Below, piece after piece: positions 1-9,973 of a DNA stretch of 64,000 nt. This DNA comes from a virus. Taxonomy: Duplodnaviria > Caudoviricetes. The stretch covers positions 24 through 64,023 of IMG/VR virus record IMGVR_UViG_3300027833_000044. One strand, 5' to 3'. Numbering within the stretch: position 1 is the first letter of the stretch; each line of letters begins with the position of its first letter. The notes beneath the pieces were generated by a model, which made no database searches, was not told the DNA's origin, and saw only the letters and a program-made list of their open reading frames with translations. The translations under genes were made by a program, and so were the position numbers.

Positions 1-177
1 TGGATTAGAGACAATCTAGACTTTGACCAAGTCATCTCTGAGTTCTATGTAGATGGTGACCCAACGTCTGGTTGGATTCATTTATCCTACGTAAGTCCTG
101 AAGCGAATCGTAATAGATGTTTGACCGCAACACGTGTGGACGGTAAAGTCCAATATAGTGTTGGACTGCCTGAGTGA
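1..177 (+). CDS. C-terminal fragment of peptidase M15-like endolysin (5' truncated)
   Basis: Frame 1 reads WIRDNLDFDQVISEFYVDGDPTSGWIHLSY...GLPE*; FDQ.I.E...GW.H.S resembles the C-terminus of phage M15A peptidases. Confidence 0.65.
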   Translation, partial: WIRDNLDFDQVISEFYVDGDPTSGWIHLSYVSPEANRNRCLTATRVDGKVQYSVGLPE

Positions 178-704
178 AACATGTACAGAAACATGTACAG
201 GTGTTTGCAATAGACCAGTTTGATAGTCTACAAGCAGAAGCATTATTACAAATACCTGTAAGTAACAAACCTGTCTATGGGGACTATGATGTTCATGGAG
301 ACCCTACGAAATGGGACTTCGATTCTAAATCATATTCCCTTGTTACCAAAAAATTAATTAAGGATGCAATAGAAAAATACTGTGAATCATGGGGATGTAA
401 TTCATATACATTAAATACTCTGTGGTATCATGTATATAATAAAGGTGGCAGTTATATGTCACACACCCACACCCTATCAAATATGACTGGTGTGGTACAC
501 TTGTTATTAGAAGATGAAAGAGACTATACTGATATAGTCGGTTATGAGGATTTATGGTGTACAGGAAAAATAAAAGAAGGTGAGGTTGTATTATTCCCAT
601 CAATGACACCACACAAATCAAATCCAGTTCATGGAAAGAAAATCATTATCGGTTTTAATTGGGACATGTATTCGGATATGCAAACATATAAGGTAGTACA
701 GTGA
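174..704 (+). CDS. putative 2OG-Fe(II) oxygenase
   Basis: Y..G.Y..HTH...TGV.HL and EGEVVLFPS..PH...KIIIGFN pattern of phage 2OG oxygenases. Confidence 0.7.
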   Translation: MKHVQKHVQVFAIDQFDSLQAEALLQIPVSNKPVYGDYDVHGDPTKWDFDSKSYSLVTKKLIKDAIEKYCESWGCNSYTLNTLWYHVYNKGGSYMSHTHTLSNMTGVVHLLLEDERDYTDIVGYEDLWCTGKIKEGEVVLFPSMTPHKSNPVHGKKIIIGFNWDMYSDMQTYKVVQ

Positions 705-1531
705 ATTTAATATTTCAATACATGATAACAAACGAGGAGACCGAGAAACGTTCTCCAGTTCCACAATATCCACAAGGTACTAGGTCAGAACTCTATCGTG
801 TGACTGGGGATTTGTCTGCAAAATCGTTTCAAATCTATGCGGATAAGATTGGATGTAAACACCAATATTCCACTAAACAAGTATTCACCGAAGGTAAGAC
901 TGGGTCAACTGTGTTGCTCTATGAATGCCTACGTATCATCTATGACCCTCTTTACGAACAATTCGACAAGATTGCATTCATTGATACTGATATCATCTGT
1001 AACACCGAAGAGAACATCTTTGATGAAACTGGTGATTATGAGATTACAGGTGTTCTTGAATCTGAAATACGTACTGGTAAAGACGGTGGATACAATACTT
1101 GGGATTTCAGTAAGAAGACAAGAGATGCACTGGTAACCAAGTATAAGCGTAATGGTATCCCATGTGTCCCCACAGAACCACCATATCGTCCCTCTTGTAT
1201 CACTACCTTCAATACTGGTGTAATGGTATGGACTAAAGAAGCACGTATGAAAGCACGTGAGAAGTTTGATGATTGGTACGAATACATGTCAGACGGTGAC
1301 AAACACGGTGACCCGTTTTGGATTAACAATGACCAACCATGGTTATCTGGACAGATAATGAAACACGGATTAACGTGGCAAAGTATCGACCAGAAATGGA
1401 ATGACACACCTACTCATTGGCCAGATGACAGAGGATTTGACATGAATTTCCTCCATTATACTGGGGGTGGTAATAAGGTTGTTATGTTAGAAGATTATAA
1501 AAAGGGTAAATTTAAGTACTTAAAAGCTTGA
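701..1531 (+). CDS. GT-A fold glycosyltransferase (GT8-like)
   Basis: FIDTD (DxD), FNTGVMV, NDQPWL, FLHYTG motifs. Confidence 0.8.
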   Translation: MNLIFQYMITNEETEKRSPVPQYPQGTRSELYRVTGDLSAKSFQIYADKIGCKHQYSTKQVFTEGKTGSTVLLYECLRIIYDPLYEQFDKIAFIDTDIICNTEENIFDETGDYEITGVLESEIRTGKDGGYNTWDFSKKTRDALVTKYKRNGIPCVPTEPPYRPSCITTFNTGVMVWTKEARMKAREKFDDWYEYMSDGDKHGDPFWINNDQPWLSGQIMKHGLTWQSIDQKWNDTPTHWPDDRGFDMNFLHYTGGGNKVVMLEDYKKGKFKYLKA

Positions 1532-1556
1532 CAAACCCAGTATTTCTTGTTATAAT
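1528..1556 (+). promoter_or_regulatory. sigma70-type early promoter
   Basis: TTGACA(1528-1533)-17 bp-TATAAT(1551-1556), with extended TG. Confidence 0.85.
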
Positions 1557-1562
1557 AACCAC

Positions 1563-2183
1563 ATGAAGAAAGAAATACAACTACAACATAAGGAAGAAGA
1601 AGTGCTAAGTCAGTACCATAAGGTAATATTAACAGACGCAGATGGTGTTCTCCTGAACTGGGGTTACGCATTTGACGTGTGGATGACCGAGAAAGGTTAC
1701 ACCGCCAAAAGTAAATTAGAATACAATGTCGGTACAATATACGACATTACCACAGCAGAATCAAGAAAACTGGTTAGAGAGTTCAACGAATCTGCCCATA
1801 TGGGTTTTGTACCTCCGTTAAGAGATGCAATGCAGTATGTCAGAAAGTTACACGAAGAACACGGTTATGTGTTCCACTTGATTACTAGTATGAGTAAAGA
1901 CGAGAACGCACAGAAACTAAGAACAATGAACATTAAGAAGTTGTTCGGTGAGACTGCATTCGTTAAATTCATCTATCTGGACACAGGTGCAGACAAGGAT
2001 GAAGTCCTTGCACAATACAAAGGAACAGGTTATACTTGGGTTGAGGACAAAGTTGAAAACGCAATTGCGGGTGACAAACAAGGTCTTGACTCAATTGTCA
2101 TGGAACATGGATACAACATGGACAACCAAGACTATCCCCTAATGAAAAACTGGAAAGATGTGTACGAATACCTTGTAGGTTAA
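1563..2183 (+). CDS. HAD-superfamily 5'-nucleotidase-like protein
   Basis: ILTDADGVLLNW HAD motif I, ITS, WVEDK; start may be the GTG near 1602. Confidence 0.8.
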   Translation: MKKEIQLQHKEEEVLSQYHKVILTDADGVLLNWGYAFDVWMTEKGYTAKSKLEYNVGTIYDITTAESRKLVREFNESAHMGFVPPLRDAMQYVRKLHEEHGYVFHLITSMSKDENAQKLRTMNIKKLFGETAFVKFIYLDTGADKDEVLAQYKGTGYTWVEDKVENAIAGDKQGLDSIVMEHGYNMDNQDYPLMKNWKDVYEYLVG

Positions 2184-2198
2184 CGTATATATAACTAC

Positions 2199-3764
2199 AT
2201 GAAAAGATATGTAGGTTACTCCGAGTTTTATCATGATGCCGCACTCGCCATCGTTAATCCCGATGGTGAAGTTGCTTTCGCATCCCAATCAGAAAGATAT
2301 AGTGGTTTTAAAATGGATGGTCATATCCATCCACCTATGTGGGAAATGGTTAATGAAGATGACCATGTTACCTTCTACGAAGACCTACAAGAACGCATGA
2401 CAGTCATGGGTGGGTTTAGAACTTTCGGTGGTGCGACAAAATTACATAAACTTGTTGCTAAAGACTTAACAGATGGTGACGAAACCCTGTATAGGGCACA
2501 CACCGCAGAATTTAGAAGACCCATTCACGCTATGGCATCCTATGATGATTTCAATAAACATCATGAAAGTCATGCAGCACTTGGATTCTTTACCCGACCA
2601 TGGGAATCAAAAGAGGATACAGTAATTGTATCTGTCGATGGTTCGGGAGAAGTAGAATCTACTGTAATCTATGACCACAATTTCAAACCCCTCAAAGTTG
2701 TTAGATGGCCTCAGTCCTTGGGAACTCTCTATGGGATGGGTTGTGTTTCAATCAAATTAAAACCTTTAAGAGATGAATACATTCTTATGGGTCTTTCTGC
2801 ATATGGTGAACCTCAAGATGATTTGTATCAAATCTTACACGATTGTTATTACTGGCATGACACACTGGAAGGACAAGCTGTTTGGGACAAGGTAGATTTT
2901 AAAGGTGAGTGTATAGCAGATAGTGAACTTGCACATAGAGATTTCCAGTTTGAGAAACAGTTTAGAAAATTGGTAAAAAGTAAATATACTAACAAAGACT
3001 CAGATGTCGCTGCAACAGTTCAGAAATTCTTTGAGACAGAGATTTTAAAGATTATGACCGAAGCACGACAGTATGGTTCTAAGTTAATCTTTACTGGTGG
3101 ATGTGCTCAAAACGTTGTTGCAAACTCCTTGATACGTCCAATGTTTGATGAGATGCATATTCCAATCGCACCTAATGATGCGGGTAACGCTCTTGGTTGT
3201 GCCGCATACACATGGCACAAAGAGACAGGTGGTACACACTTAAAGTGGTCACCCTATCTAGGACACAATATTGAACGTGAGATAGACCCCAAAGAAGTTG
3301 CACAATATCTAGTAGACAATAAGGTATGTGGAGTTGCAAACGGACGTGCAGAGTACGGCCCTCGTGCGTTAGGTAATCGTTCTTTACTTGCAGATGTTCG
3401 TTTTGATGTCAAAGATACAGTTAACGAAATCAAACGTAGACATAAATACAGACCCTTTGCACCCGCTATACTATCAGAATATGCAGACGAATACTTTGAA
3501 GGTCATATGGGTGAGTATATGCAGTACACCGCTATTGCAAAACATGACTATAGTTCAGTATCTCATGTAGACGGTACTGCAAGAGTTCAACTTGTTAAAC
3601 CAGACTGTGAGTCTGTATTGAGACAGATACTAGAAGAGTATTACAAATTAACGGGTGTTCCAATGTTACTAAATACATCATTGAACATAAGAAATAAACC
3701 CATGGTCAATACCGTAGAAGACGCTATTGAATGGGAAGAAAAATATAAAGTAAAGGTATTTTAA
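2199..3764 (+). CDS. carbamoyltransferase (NodU/CmcH family)
   Basis: HDAALA, ERYS, HHESHA, DGSGE, GGCAQN, EYGPRALGNRS, RPFAP, HVDGTARVQ, LLNTSLN. Confidence 0.95.
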   Translation: MKRYVGYSEFYHDAALAIVNPDGEVAFASQSERYSGFKMDGHIHPPMWEMVNEDDHVTFYEDLQERMTVMGGFRTFGGATKLHKLVAKDLTDGDETLYRAHTAEFRRPIHAMASYDDFNKHHESHAALGFFTRPWESKEDTVIVSVDGSGEVESTVIYDHNFKPLKVVRWPQSLGTLYGMGCVSIKLKPLRDEYILMGLSAYGEPQDDLYQILHDCYYWHDTLEGQAVWDKVDFKGECIADSELAHRDFQFEKQFRKLVKSKYTNKDSDVAATVQKFFETEILKIMTEARQYGSKLIFTGGCAQNVVANSLIRPMFDEMHIPIAPNDAGNALGCAAYTWHKETGGTHLKWSPYLGHNIEREIDPKEVAQYLVDNKVCGVANGRAEYGPRALGNRSLLADVRFDVKDTVNEIKRRHKYRPFAPAILSEYADEYFEGHMGEYMQYTAIAKHDYSSVSHVDGTARVQLVKPDCESVLRQILEEYYKLTGVPMLLNTSLNIRNKPMVNTVEDAIEWEEKYKVKVF

Positions 3765-4100
3765 ATGAGTGAAGAAGACGCAAAAATAATCGAAACTAAG
3801 GGATATCATCCCGCAGATTCAAATGGAGACGGTAAAGTTTCCGATGCAGAACAGGAAATGTATCTGGAGTTCAAACGTAAAGAACTTGATGACCAAGATG
3901 CAATGCGGGATGCACAACGTAATATGGCATGGTTTGCACTAGGTGGTATGTTGTTATATCCCTTTGCAGTAGTTCTTGCCAATCTAGTTGGACTAGACCA
4001 AGCGTCTAAGATTCTAGGTGATATGGCAGCGACATACTTTGTCTCTGTTGCAGCAATCGTTGCTGCATTCTTTGGTACTCAAGCGTATACCAAAAAATAA
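3765..4100 (+). CDS. small membrane protein with EF-hand-like loop (holin-like)
   Basis: DSNGDGKVSDAE loop followed by two hydrophobic segments. Confidence 0.6.
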   Translation: MSEEDAKIIETKGYHPADSNGDGKVSDAEQEMYLEFKRKELDDQDAMRDAQRNMAWFALGGMLLYPFAVVLANLVGLDQASKILGDMAATYFVSVAAIVAAFFGTQAYTKK

Positions 4101-4900
4101 TGGAAAAAGTCAGATGGAGAGGTACTTGGGGTGTTGGTGACTTTCAACATGCATTAAACGTTTGTCATAACTATTGTTTCGATAACAAGGTTAAGGTAAA
4201 CTTGGAGATGCACTGGAGTCATGATGAGAATTACAAACCTCATCCAGATGACCCAGAAACAATCGTAGAACGAATGGAGTGGTTACACAATAAGTATCAT
4301 AGACAAGATGATGTTGTTGTTACACATGTATTTAACTCCGACCTATTCCCCTCTGGTAATGTCAACCCTGATAAGTCAAAACCACGATTCTTCTTTGATT
4401 CAAATAAGTTTGACCCAACGAGTGCTCCACCAAATGATTGGATATTCAAACCTGAAGAGTTTGTAAAGAAGAGACCTAAGATAGTTATATGGACACCCGC
4501 ATACAATAGTGAACCACCAAGAAATTGGAAAAAGTTCTTGACAATTGATGATTGGTCTGATATAATAAGCTTGTTGCGTTGGGAGGGGTGGATACTAGTG
4601 GAGCTAACTTATAGAACCCCTATCAAAGATGCATATAAACAGATACAAGAAGCAGACTTCATTGTCTGTTATGATGGTATGTGGCACTACATTGCAAGAA
4701 ACTTTGGTAAACCAATGTACATTCCATCATGGGAAGGTATCACAGATTATAATACTCCTCAGTGTATAAGAAAACCAAGTAGAAAATCAACTATGGAATT
4801 CTTTGCAGATGGAGGAGAAAAGTTTCAACCCAATCTGTCTAAAATGAAGACTAAAGCAGACAGATATATAAGAATGTTAAAAGAAAAATATCATGAATAA
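4100..4900 (+). CDS. putative GT-B glycosyltransferase (GT9/heptosyltransferase-like)
   Basis: N-terminal GVGD; C-terminal ADFIVCYDGMWHYIARNFGKP resembles the GT9 A..F...DSG..H.A.A.G.P motif. Confidence 0.6.
   Translation: MEKVRWRGTWGVGDFQHALNVCHNYCFDNKVKVNLEMHWSHDENYKPHPDDPETIVERMEWLHNKYHRQDDVVVTHVFNSDLFPSGNVNPDKSKPRFFFDSNKFDPTSAPPNDWIFKPEEFVKKRPKIVIWTPAYNSEPPRNWKKFLTIDDWSDIISLLRWEGWILVELTYRTPIKDAYKQIQEADFIVCYDGMWHYIARNFGKPMYIPSWEGITDYNTPQCIRKPSRKSTMEFFADGGEKFQPNLSKMKTKADRYIRMLKEKYHE
4538..4566 (+). promoter_or_regulatory. intragenic sigma70-type promoter
   Basis: TTGACA(4538-4543)-17 bp-TATAAT(4561-4566) inside ORF 4100-4900. Confidence 0.65.
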
Positions 4901-5060
4901 AAAAGTACTACAAGTTGTAAATCTTTCACCAAGTGAGTCTTGGATAGAAAAACTAGTACACGTTCACCCAATGAAACAAATTACTTATGCATCTATACTA
5001 CAAGTAGTTGTATTCTTCTTTATGTTATTTATGTTTAAAGTAATAGGTAGTTACGTATGA
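4893..5060 (+). CDS. small membrane protein (55 aa, not in ORF track)
   Basis: MNKKVLQVVNLSPSESWIEK...ILQVVVFFFMLFMFKVIGSYV*; overlaps both neighbours. Confidence 0.65.
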   Translation: MNKKVLQVVNLSPSESWIEKLVHVHPMKQITYASILQVVVFFFMLFMFKVIGSYV

Positions 5061-6019
5061 AAATAGATAGAGCAGTAATTGAAATTAATGGTGGGTGTAA
5101 CTACTCATGTACTATGTGTCCACAGGATACACGTACTGGTGGAAGACATAAAGACTTTCTCAAGAAGATGGGACTAGAAGAGTTCGAGAAGAATGTTGCA
5201 GATTGTGCTCAACACGGACTAAGAGTAGTCAACCTAGAAGGTAGTGGAGAACCCACACTAAATAGAAACCTACCTGAATACATTAAGATTGTTAAGAAGT
5301 ATGGTGCAAAGTGTTTCATGTTCTCTAATGGATTCCGTATGCACGGTAAGTTCATGGAAGATTGTGTTGATGCAGGATTAGACTTCTATCGATTCTCTTT
5401 TATTGGATACAGTCCTGAGAAGTATGATGAGTGGATGAATAATATTATTGGAGGAAACTTTAATCATATTGTAAAGAACATACGTGAAATGAAAGCATAT
5501 GTAGATAAGACTGGTTCAGACTGTTCGGTTGCAACCTATCATCTCATTACTGATAATGACAATTTAGACTTTGAACTAAATGCATATAAAAAACTAGTAA
5601 ATGACCTTGGTGTTAAAACTGAGATATGGAAGATGCATAACTGGTCTGGTGTCTATGACCCTAAACAAAATACACGTAATGGTGAAGAAAAGACATGTGG
5701 TAGACCGTTTAGTCCTGACGTTGTTATACGTGCAGGAGGTAGTGACGGTAAGAGAGGTGGTGTCGCACCTTGTTGTCAAGTACTAGGACAAGATGAGAAA
5801 GCAGTCCTTGGTCATACAAGTGAGAATACCATTGAAGAGATATGGAACGGGCCAGAGTACACCAAACTACGTGAAGACCACACCAACAAAACATATCCTG
5901 ACTATTGTAAAACATGCGACTTTCTATTAGATGACCCTGAAGTATTAGTTTATACTAATCATGAACGTGACTTGATGAAGATGCATGGAACTGAGTTTGA
6001 CTTAAATGATTTCAGATAA
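5057..6019 (+). CDS. radical SAM protein with SPASM/twitch domain
   Basis: CNYSCTMC (CxxxCxxC), GSGEPTL, C-terminal CGRP...PCC...LG...IWNG...CKTC. Confidence 0.92.
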   Translation: MKIDRAVIEINGGCNYSCTMCPQDTRTGGRHKDFLKKMGLEEFEKNVADCAQHGLRVVNLEGSGEPTLNRNLPEYIKIVKKYGAKCFMFSNGFRMHGKFMEDCVDAGLDFYRFSFIGYSPEKYDEWMNNIIGGNFNHIVKNIREMKAYVDKTGSDCSVATYHLITDNDNLDFELNAYKKLVNDLGVKTEIWKMHNWSGVYDPKQNTRNGEEKTCGRPFSPDVVIRAGGSDGKRGGVAPCCQVLGQDEKAVLGHTSENTIEEIWNGPEYTKLREDHTNKTYPDYCKTCDFLLDDPEVLVYTNHERDLMKMHGTEFDLNDFR

Positions 6020-6602
6020 TTTATGGATGATACAGATACCTGACCATAGGGTATCTCAACATTACGCAAATTTGTGTATCCCAAGTTGGGACTGTAATGT
6101 TAATCTATTTGATGCATATACTCCAAATCATATGCCAGACTATCTTGACTTCAATTTGATGTGGGGAAATAGACCTTTTAGTGAGAGTGAGAAAGCAGGA
6201 TTCTATAGTCACCTAGAACTATGGAAAAAATGTTTTGAAGAAGACAAACCTATCGCAATCATCGAACACGATGTTGCACAACGTAAAAAGGATATGCCAA
6301 TTATAGGTGATTTCTTTGCGTTTGCAGACTTTATTGATGAGGATGACTGGAAAAATTATTCTACCCGATTCAAGGGTCACCCTTACTGGGGAACAGACGA
6401 ACCATTGTGTCCTGTAACTCATGCGTACTATATGACACCCGATGTTGCGGAGTCTATGTTCTATACAATATCAGAACAACAAATCAATAAGTTTGTGGAC
6501 GATTACATGTGGGAGTTTATGGGTAAAGATAAAAGTAAAATAATGCGATACTCTAGACCTATATACACAGACTGTATCGGAGGAACAATGGTTCATGCGT
6601 AG
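6006..6602 (+). CDS. GT25-like glycosyltransferase
   Basis: SHLELWKKC...IAIIEHD, THAYYMTP, VDDY. Confidence 0.75.
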   Translation: MISDNLWMIQIPDHRVSQHYANLCIPSWDCNVNLFDAYTPNHMPDYLDFNLMWGNRPFSESEKAGFYSHLELWKKCFEEDKPIAIIEHDVAQRKKDMPIIGDFFAFADFIDEDDWKNYSTRFKGHPYWGTDEPLCPVTHAYYMTPDVAESMFYTISEQQINKFVDDYMWEFMGKDKSKIMRYSRPIYTDCIGGTMVHA

Positions 6603-7386
6603 ATTAATATATCAAGTATCGGTAGGTAAACCTTCCAAACTATATGAACACTGTATTGATTCAGTCGCAAAGTATTGTGCGAAATATGACATCGAACACA
6701 TTGTATTAACTCAACCCAAATTAAGAATTAAACCTGATATCTTTACCAGTGGACGTAGTGAAGCGTCCTATATGAAATACGGTGGGTATCTTCCTATCTT
6801 TGAAAAGGAGAATGCATTTGACTATCTTGATAGATTTGACCAAATTGCGATTGTGGATGCCGATATATACATCCGAACTGATGCAACAAACATATTTGAT
6901 GATTTTGGTACTGACCACGCATTTGGTGCTGTAGCAGAACGTGAAATGGATATCCAAGACTGGTATGGTGGTAAGATTCAAAACTACTCCGCTATGCAGT
7001 ATAGACACTTACATAGTGCGGGTCAAGGTGATTTCAAACCAACTAAATTAGGTTATGAGTTCTTTAACATGGGAATGATTCTCTTGAACTCCAAACTATT
7101 CAAACCATACCTCAAGGGACAAGACCCTCACAGTTTCCTAAACCGTATGGAATTTAAAGACTTTGTAGACGGAGTCGGTGCATATAAATGGAGTACTGAC
7201 CAGACGTTACTAAACTATTTCCTGAAGAAGTATAAAATACCTACCAAACATATGGAAGGTAAATGGAATGGACTATTTGGTGCAATCAATAATGTAAAAG
7301 ATTGTAACTTTGTACATTTCTTTCTAAAGGATAAACTCCCTGACGGTGGAGAAAATGTTGAACAGTTAATGAATCAAATCGTATAA
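6595..7386 (+). CDS. GT8-like glycosyltransferase
   Basis: IVDADI, FFNMGMIL, TDQTLLNY, KWN, FVHF. Confidence 0.8.
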   Translation: MRRLIYQVSVGKPSKLYEHCIDSVAKYCAKYDIEHIVLTQPKLRIKPDIFTSGRSEASYMKYGGYLPIFEKENAFDYLDRFDQIAIVDADIYIRTDATNIFDDFGTDHAFGAVAEREMDIQDWYGGKIQNYSAMQYRHLHSAGQGDFKPTKLGYEFFNMGMILLNSKLFKPYLKGQDPHSFLNRMEFKDFVDGVGAYKWSTDQTLLNYFLKKYKIPTKHMEGKWNGLFGAINNVKDCNFVHFFLKDKLPDGGENVEQLMNQIV

Positions 7387-7389
7387 ATA
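7382..7389 (+). promoter_or_regulatory. T4-type late promoter
   Basis: TATAAATA upstream of ORF 7442, which has a GGAG RBS. Confidence 0.75.
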
Positions 7390-7441
7390 CTATAGACAAT
7401 ACCGTCAAAACTTATATTAATAGAGTGATAGGAGAAACAAT

Positions 7442-8140
7442 ATGTTAACCCCACAAGAATTTGTGAAGAAAATTCGCAACGAAAACCAACCACTATTCGA
7501 AGCATCCAAGATGAATACTAAGGCGTATTTTGAAGGTGACCTTCCTGAAGAGGAAATGGTTAATCATTTCATTGGTCGTATGGTCAATGAACGTATGAAC
7601 ATGTCTGAGATTTGTGATGCAATCGCAAGAGCACCCGATGACGCAGACCCTAGAGAGTTAGAACTTCTAACTAAACAAGCAGCAGATGAAGCAAAACATT
7701 ACCGTATGGTTCGAGAAGTAATTGAACACATCAAAGGTGAAAAGATTGATGTAGTCAATGCACTTGTATCAGAAAGAAAGGCAAACACCGCAAAAGGTGC
7801 TGCACTTCTAGAAAAATATGATGCACAAGAAGATGAGGCAGTCCTTGCCGCATACCAACTTGTTGCAGAAGGACGTGCGGAAGCAGTCTGGAATCAGATG
7901 GCAGACACTATCGAAGATGACTTTATCTCTTCTCGTTATCGTGAGATTGCGAAAGACGAAGGTTTCCACAGTGCAATCGGTGGATACTCGTTACGTAAAC
8001 TTGCTACAGACGAAAAGACTCAAAGTCGTGTCCAACGTGTTGTTGACGCAATGCGTAAAGACCTATTTGAAATCTCTTGTAGAAATCAAGTTGAAGCACA
8101 GGGTTCGAGAGAACTTGTAAACGCTGCTTACGGTTGGTAG
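7442..8140 (+). CDS. ferritin-like di-iron carboxylate protein
   Basis: helical protein with E...DEAKH...E...DEGFH ligand pattern. Confidence 0.8.
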   Translation: MLTPQEFVKKIRNENQPLFEASKMNTKAYFEGDLPEEEMVNHFIGRMVNERMNMSEICDAIARAPDDADPRELELLTKQAADEAKHYRMVREVIEHIKGEKIDVVNALVSERKANTAKGAALLEKYDAQEDEAVLAAYQLVAEGRAEAVWNQMADTIEDDFISSRYREIAKDEGFHSAIGGYSLRKLATDEKTQSRVQRVVDAMRKDLFEISCRNQVEAQGSRELVNAAYGW

Positions 8141-8692
8141 ATGAAAATAGGACTCACTCAAAGAGTCCTCACGCACAATAAACAAGTTCATGATTCTTTA
8201 GACCATAACTGGTATAGGTTACTAAAGGGTCATGAACTCGTTCCAATCCCAAATCGTGATGACTTAGATTATGAATCTCTTGCAGAATCTCTAGACCTCC
8301 TTGTTATTACAGGTGGAGGAAACGAGCGTATCCGTATCACTACAGAAGTATCCATTGCAACAGAAATGTCTAAGTTGGGTAAACCTATACTTGGTATATG
8401 TCATGGTGCATTTTTACTTACCGAAATACTTGGTGGTAAAACAAGGACGGGTAAAGAGAATCATTATGATACCGAACACTTGGTATACTGGCAGAAAAAA
8501 CCCCACATGGTAAATAGTTTTCACACTATTGCTATTGACAAAGTACCACCAAATAGTGTATCATTGTGTATAGACATAGATGGTGATTGTGAGTCTTGGA
8601 TAAAGGATAATATTTGTGCAATCGTGTGGCATCCTGAGAGGATGACCATACCCTATATACCTACAGAGATAAAAGAGATTACAAGATTATGA
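8141..8692 (+). CDS. class I glutamine amidotransferase-like gamma-glutamyl hydrolase (peptidase C26-like)
   Basis: GICHG nucleophile, NSFH, WHPE. Confidence 0.88.
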   Translation: MKIGLTQRVLTHNKQVHDSLDHNWYRLLKGHELVPIPNRDDLDYESLAESLDLLVITGGGNERIRITTEVSIATEMSKLGKPILGICHGAFLLTEILGGKTRTGKENHYDTEHLVYWQKKPHMVNSFHTIAIDKVPPNSVSLCIDIDGDCESWIKDNICAIVWHPERMTIPYIPTEIKEITRL

Positions 8693-9357
8693 AGGGAATG
8701 TTAAATATAGAAAACGGTGAGACCTATAAGGTTCGTGACGTATGGAGTTATGACGTTACTGTTTCAAAGGATTCAGTTCAATACCTTGGAGATGAGTTTG
8801 AAGGAACAAGTTATCTAATGGGTAAGAATTGTGATATCGATGTGAAAGAAGGATACACCATTCACCGTGGTGATTTTGCAGGACAGATAGGAAAAGAGTT
8901 TCTAGTATCTGGCGAGACGTTTGCTCATATAAAATTCTATGGACTATCCATGAATGATGACCGACTGTTTATACCTCATGGTCTACCGAAGGGTAATCTA
9001 TCCTATATGGATGGTGGTACAAATACTACCGCAGTAAATCCAGGCAGACTAGGATTACCTGTTATCAACTATGTCCATTTCCCAGCAGGGATGAAACAAA
9101 CCCTACACACCCATCCAAGTCAACGTATTGGTCTTATCCTTTCTGGTAAAGGTGAGATTGAACTTGATAATGGTGTAATGTTTCCTATCAAAGCAGGGGA
9201 CTGTTGGGTGATGGATAGAAATGTATTACACAACTTCATGTGTAATAAAGGCGAAGATGTAACATTATTTGTGTTCAGTCCTGACTCTGGTACAGGGCCG
9301 ACAGATGAAATTAACCCATTGAAGGTGCGAACTTATGTCGGACAAACAAGAGTCTAA
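8689..9357 (+). CDS. cupin-domain protein
   Basis: QTLHTHPSQRIGLILSGKG...AGD.W....VLHNF. Confidence 0.85.
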   Translation: MKGMLNIENGETYKVRDVWSYDVTVSKDSVQYLGDEFEGTSYLMGKNCDIDVKEGYTIHRGDFAGQIGKEFLVSGETFAHIKFYGLSMNDDRLFIPHGLPKGNLSYMDGGTNTTAVNPGRLGLPVINYVHFPAGMKQTLHTHPSQRIGLILSGKGEIELDNGVMFPIKAGDCWVMDRNVLHNFMCNKGEDVTLFVFSPDSGTGPTDEINPLKVRTYVGQTRV

Positions 9358-9973
9358 GAAACTACTCATAATTACAGGGCCGCAAGGTTCTGGAAATCAT
9401 CTATTCAGTAAAGTGTTTAGTTATCATCCCGATGTAAAGGGATGGGACTTTGGTGGAGAGTACTGGATACCATCTGACGAAGAACCCTTTGCAGGATGTT
9501 GGATTGAACCAGACAAAACAAAGAGTATGTTGACCAAAGACTATATGGTCGCAAACGTTAGTGTACCATTTGTCTTTGATGGTGTCAAACAAATTCCTCA
9601 GATACAAGAGGTTGTCTACGAAGCACAAGATGCGGGTTACGAAGTAAAGGTCTGTATTGTAACAAGAGACCGAACCATTAACGAAGAACAACAACTCAGA
9701 GTCCGTAAGGAAGTAACCCTACCTACTGCATTGCAGTACTACTACAACCTAGATGCGACTATAGAATTCATATCACACGAATCACTCTACCTTTATGGTG
9801 GTGCATATCTGAAATGGTTAAGTAAAGTTCTTGACTTTCCGATTGCATATAGTGACGAACGACTATTGAAAGATATCAAAGAGAACCAGAATGCGAAGTA
9901 TGTGAAACACGTAGAGGAACACTGGTTGGATGAACACGTATGGAATGGGATAAGACCAAAAAATGAAAGGTAA
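9335..9973 (+). CDS. P-loop sulfotransferase/kinase-like protein
   Basis: IITGPQGSGNHL, later IVTRD and SHESL as in sulfotransferase folds. Confidence 0.55.
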   Translation: MSDKQESKKLLIITGPQGSGNHLFSKVFSYHPDVKGWDFGGEYWIPSDEEPFAGCWIEPDKTKSMLTKDYMVANVSVPFVFDGVKQIPQIQEVVYEAQDAGYEVKVCIVTRDRTINEEQQLRVRKEVTLPTALQYYYNLDATIEFISHESLYLYGGAYLKWLSKVLDFPIAYSDERLLKDIKENQNAKYVKHVEEHWLDEHVWNGIRPKNER

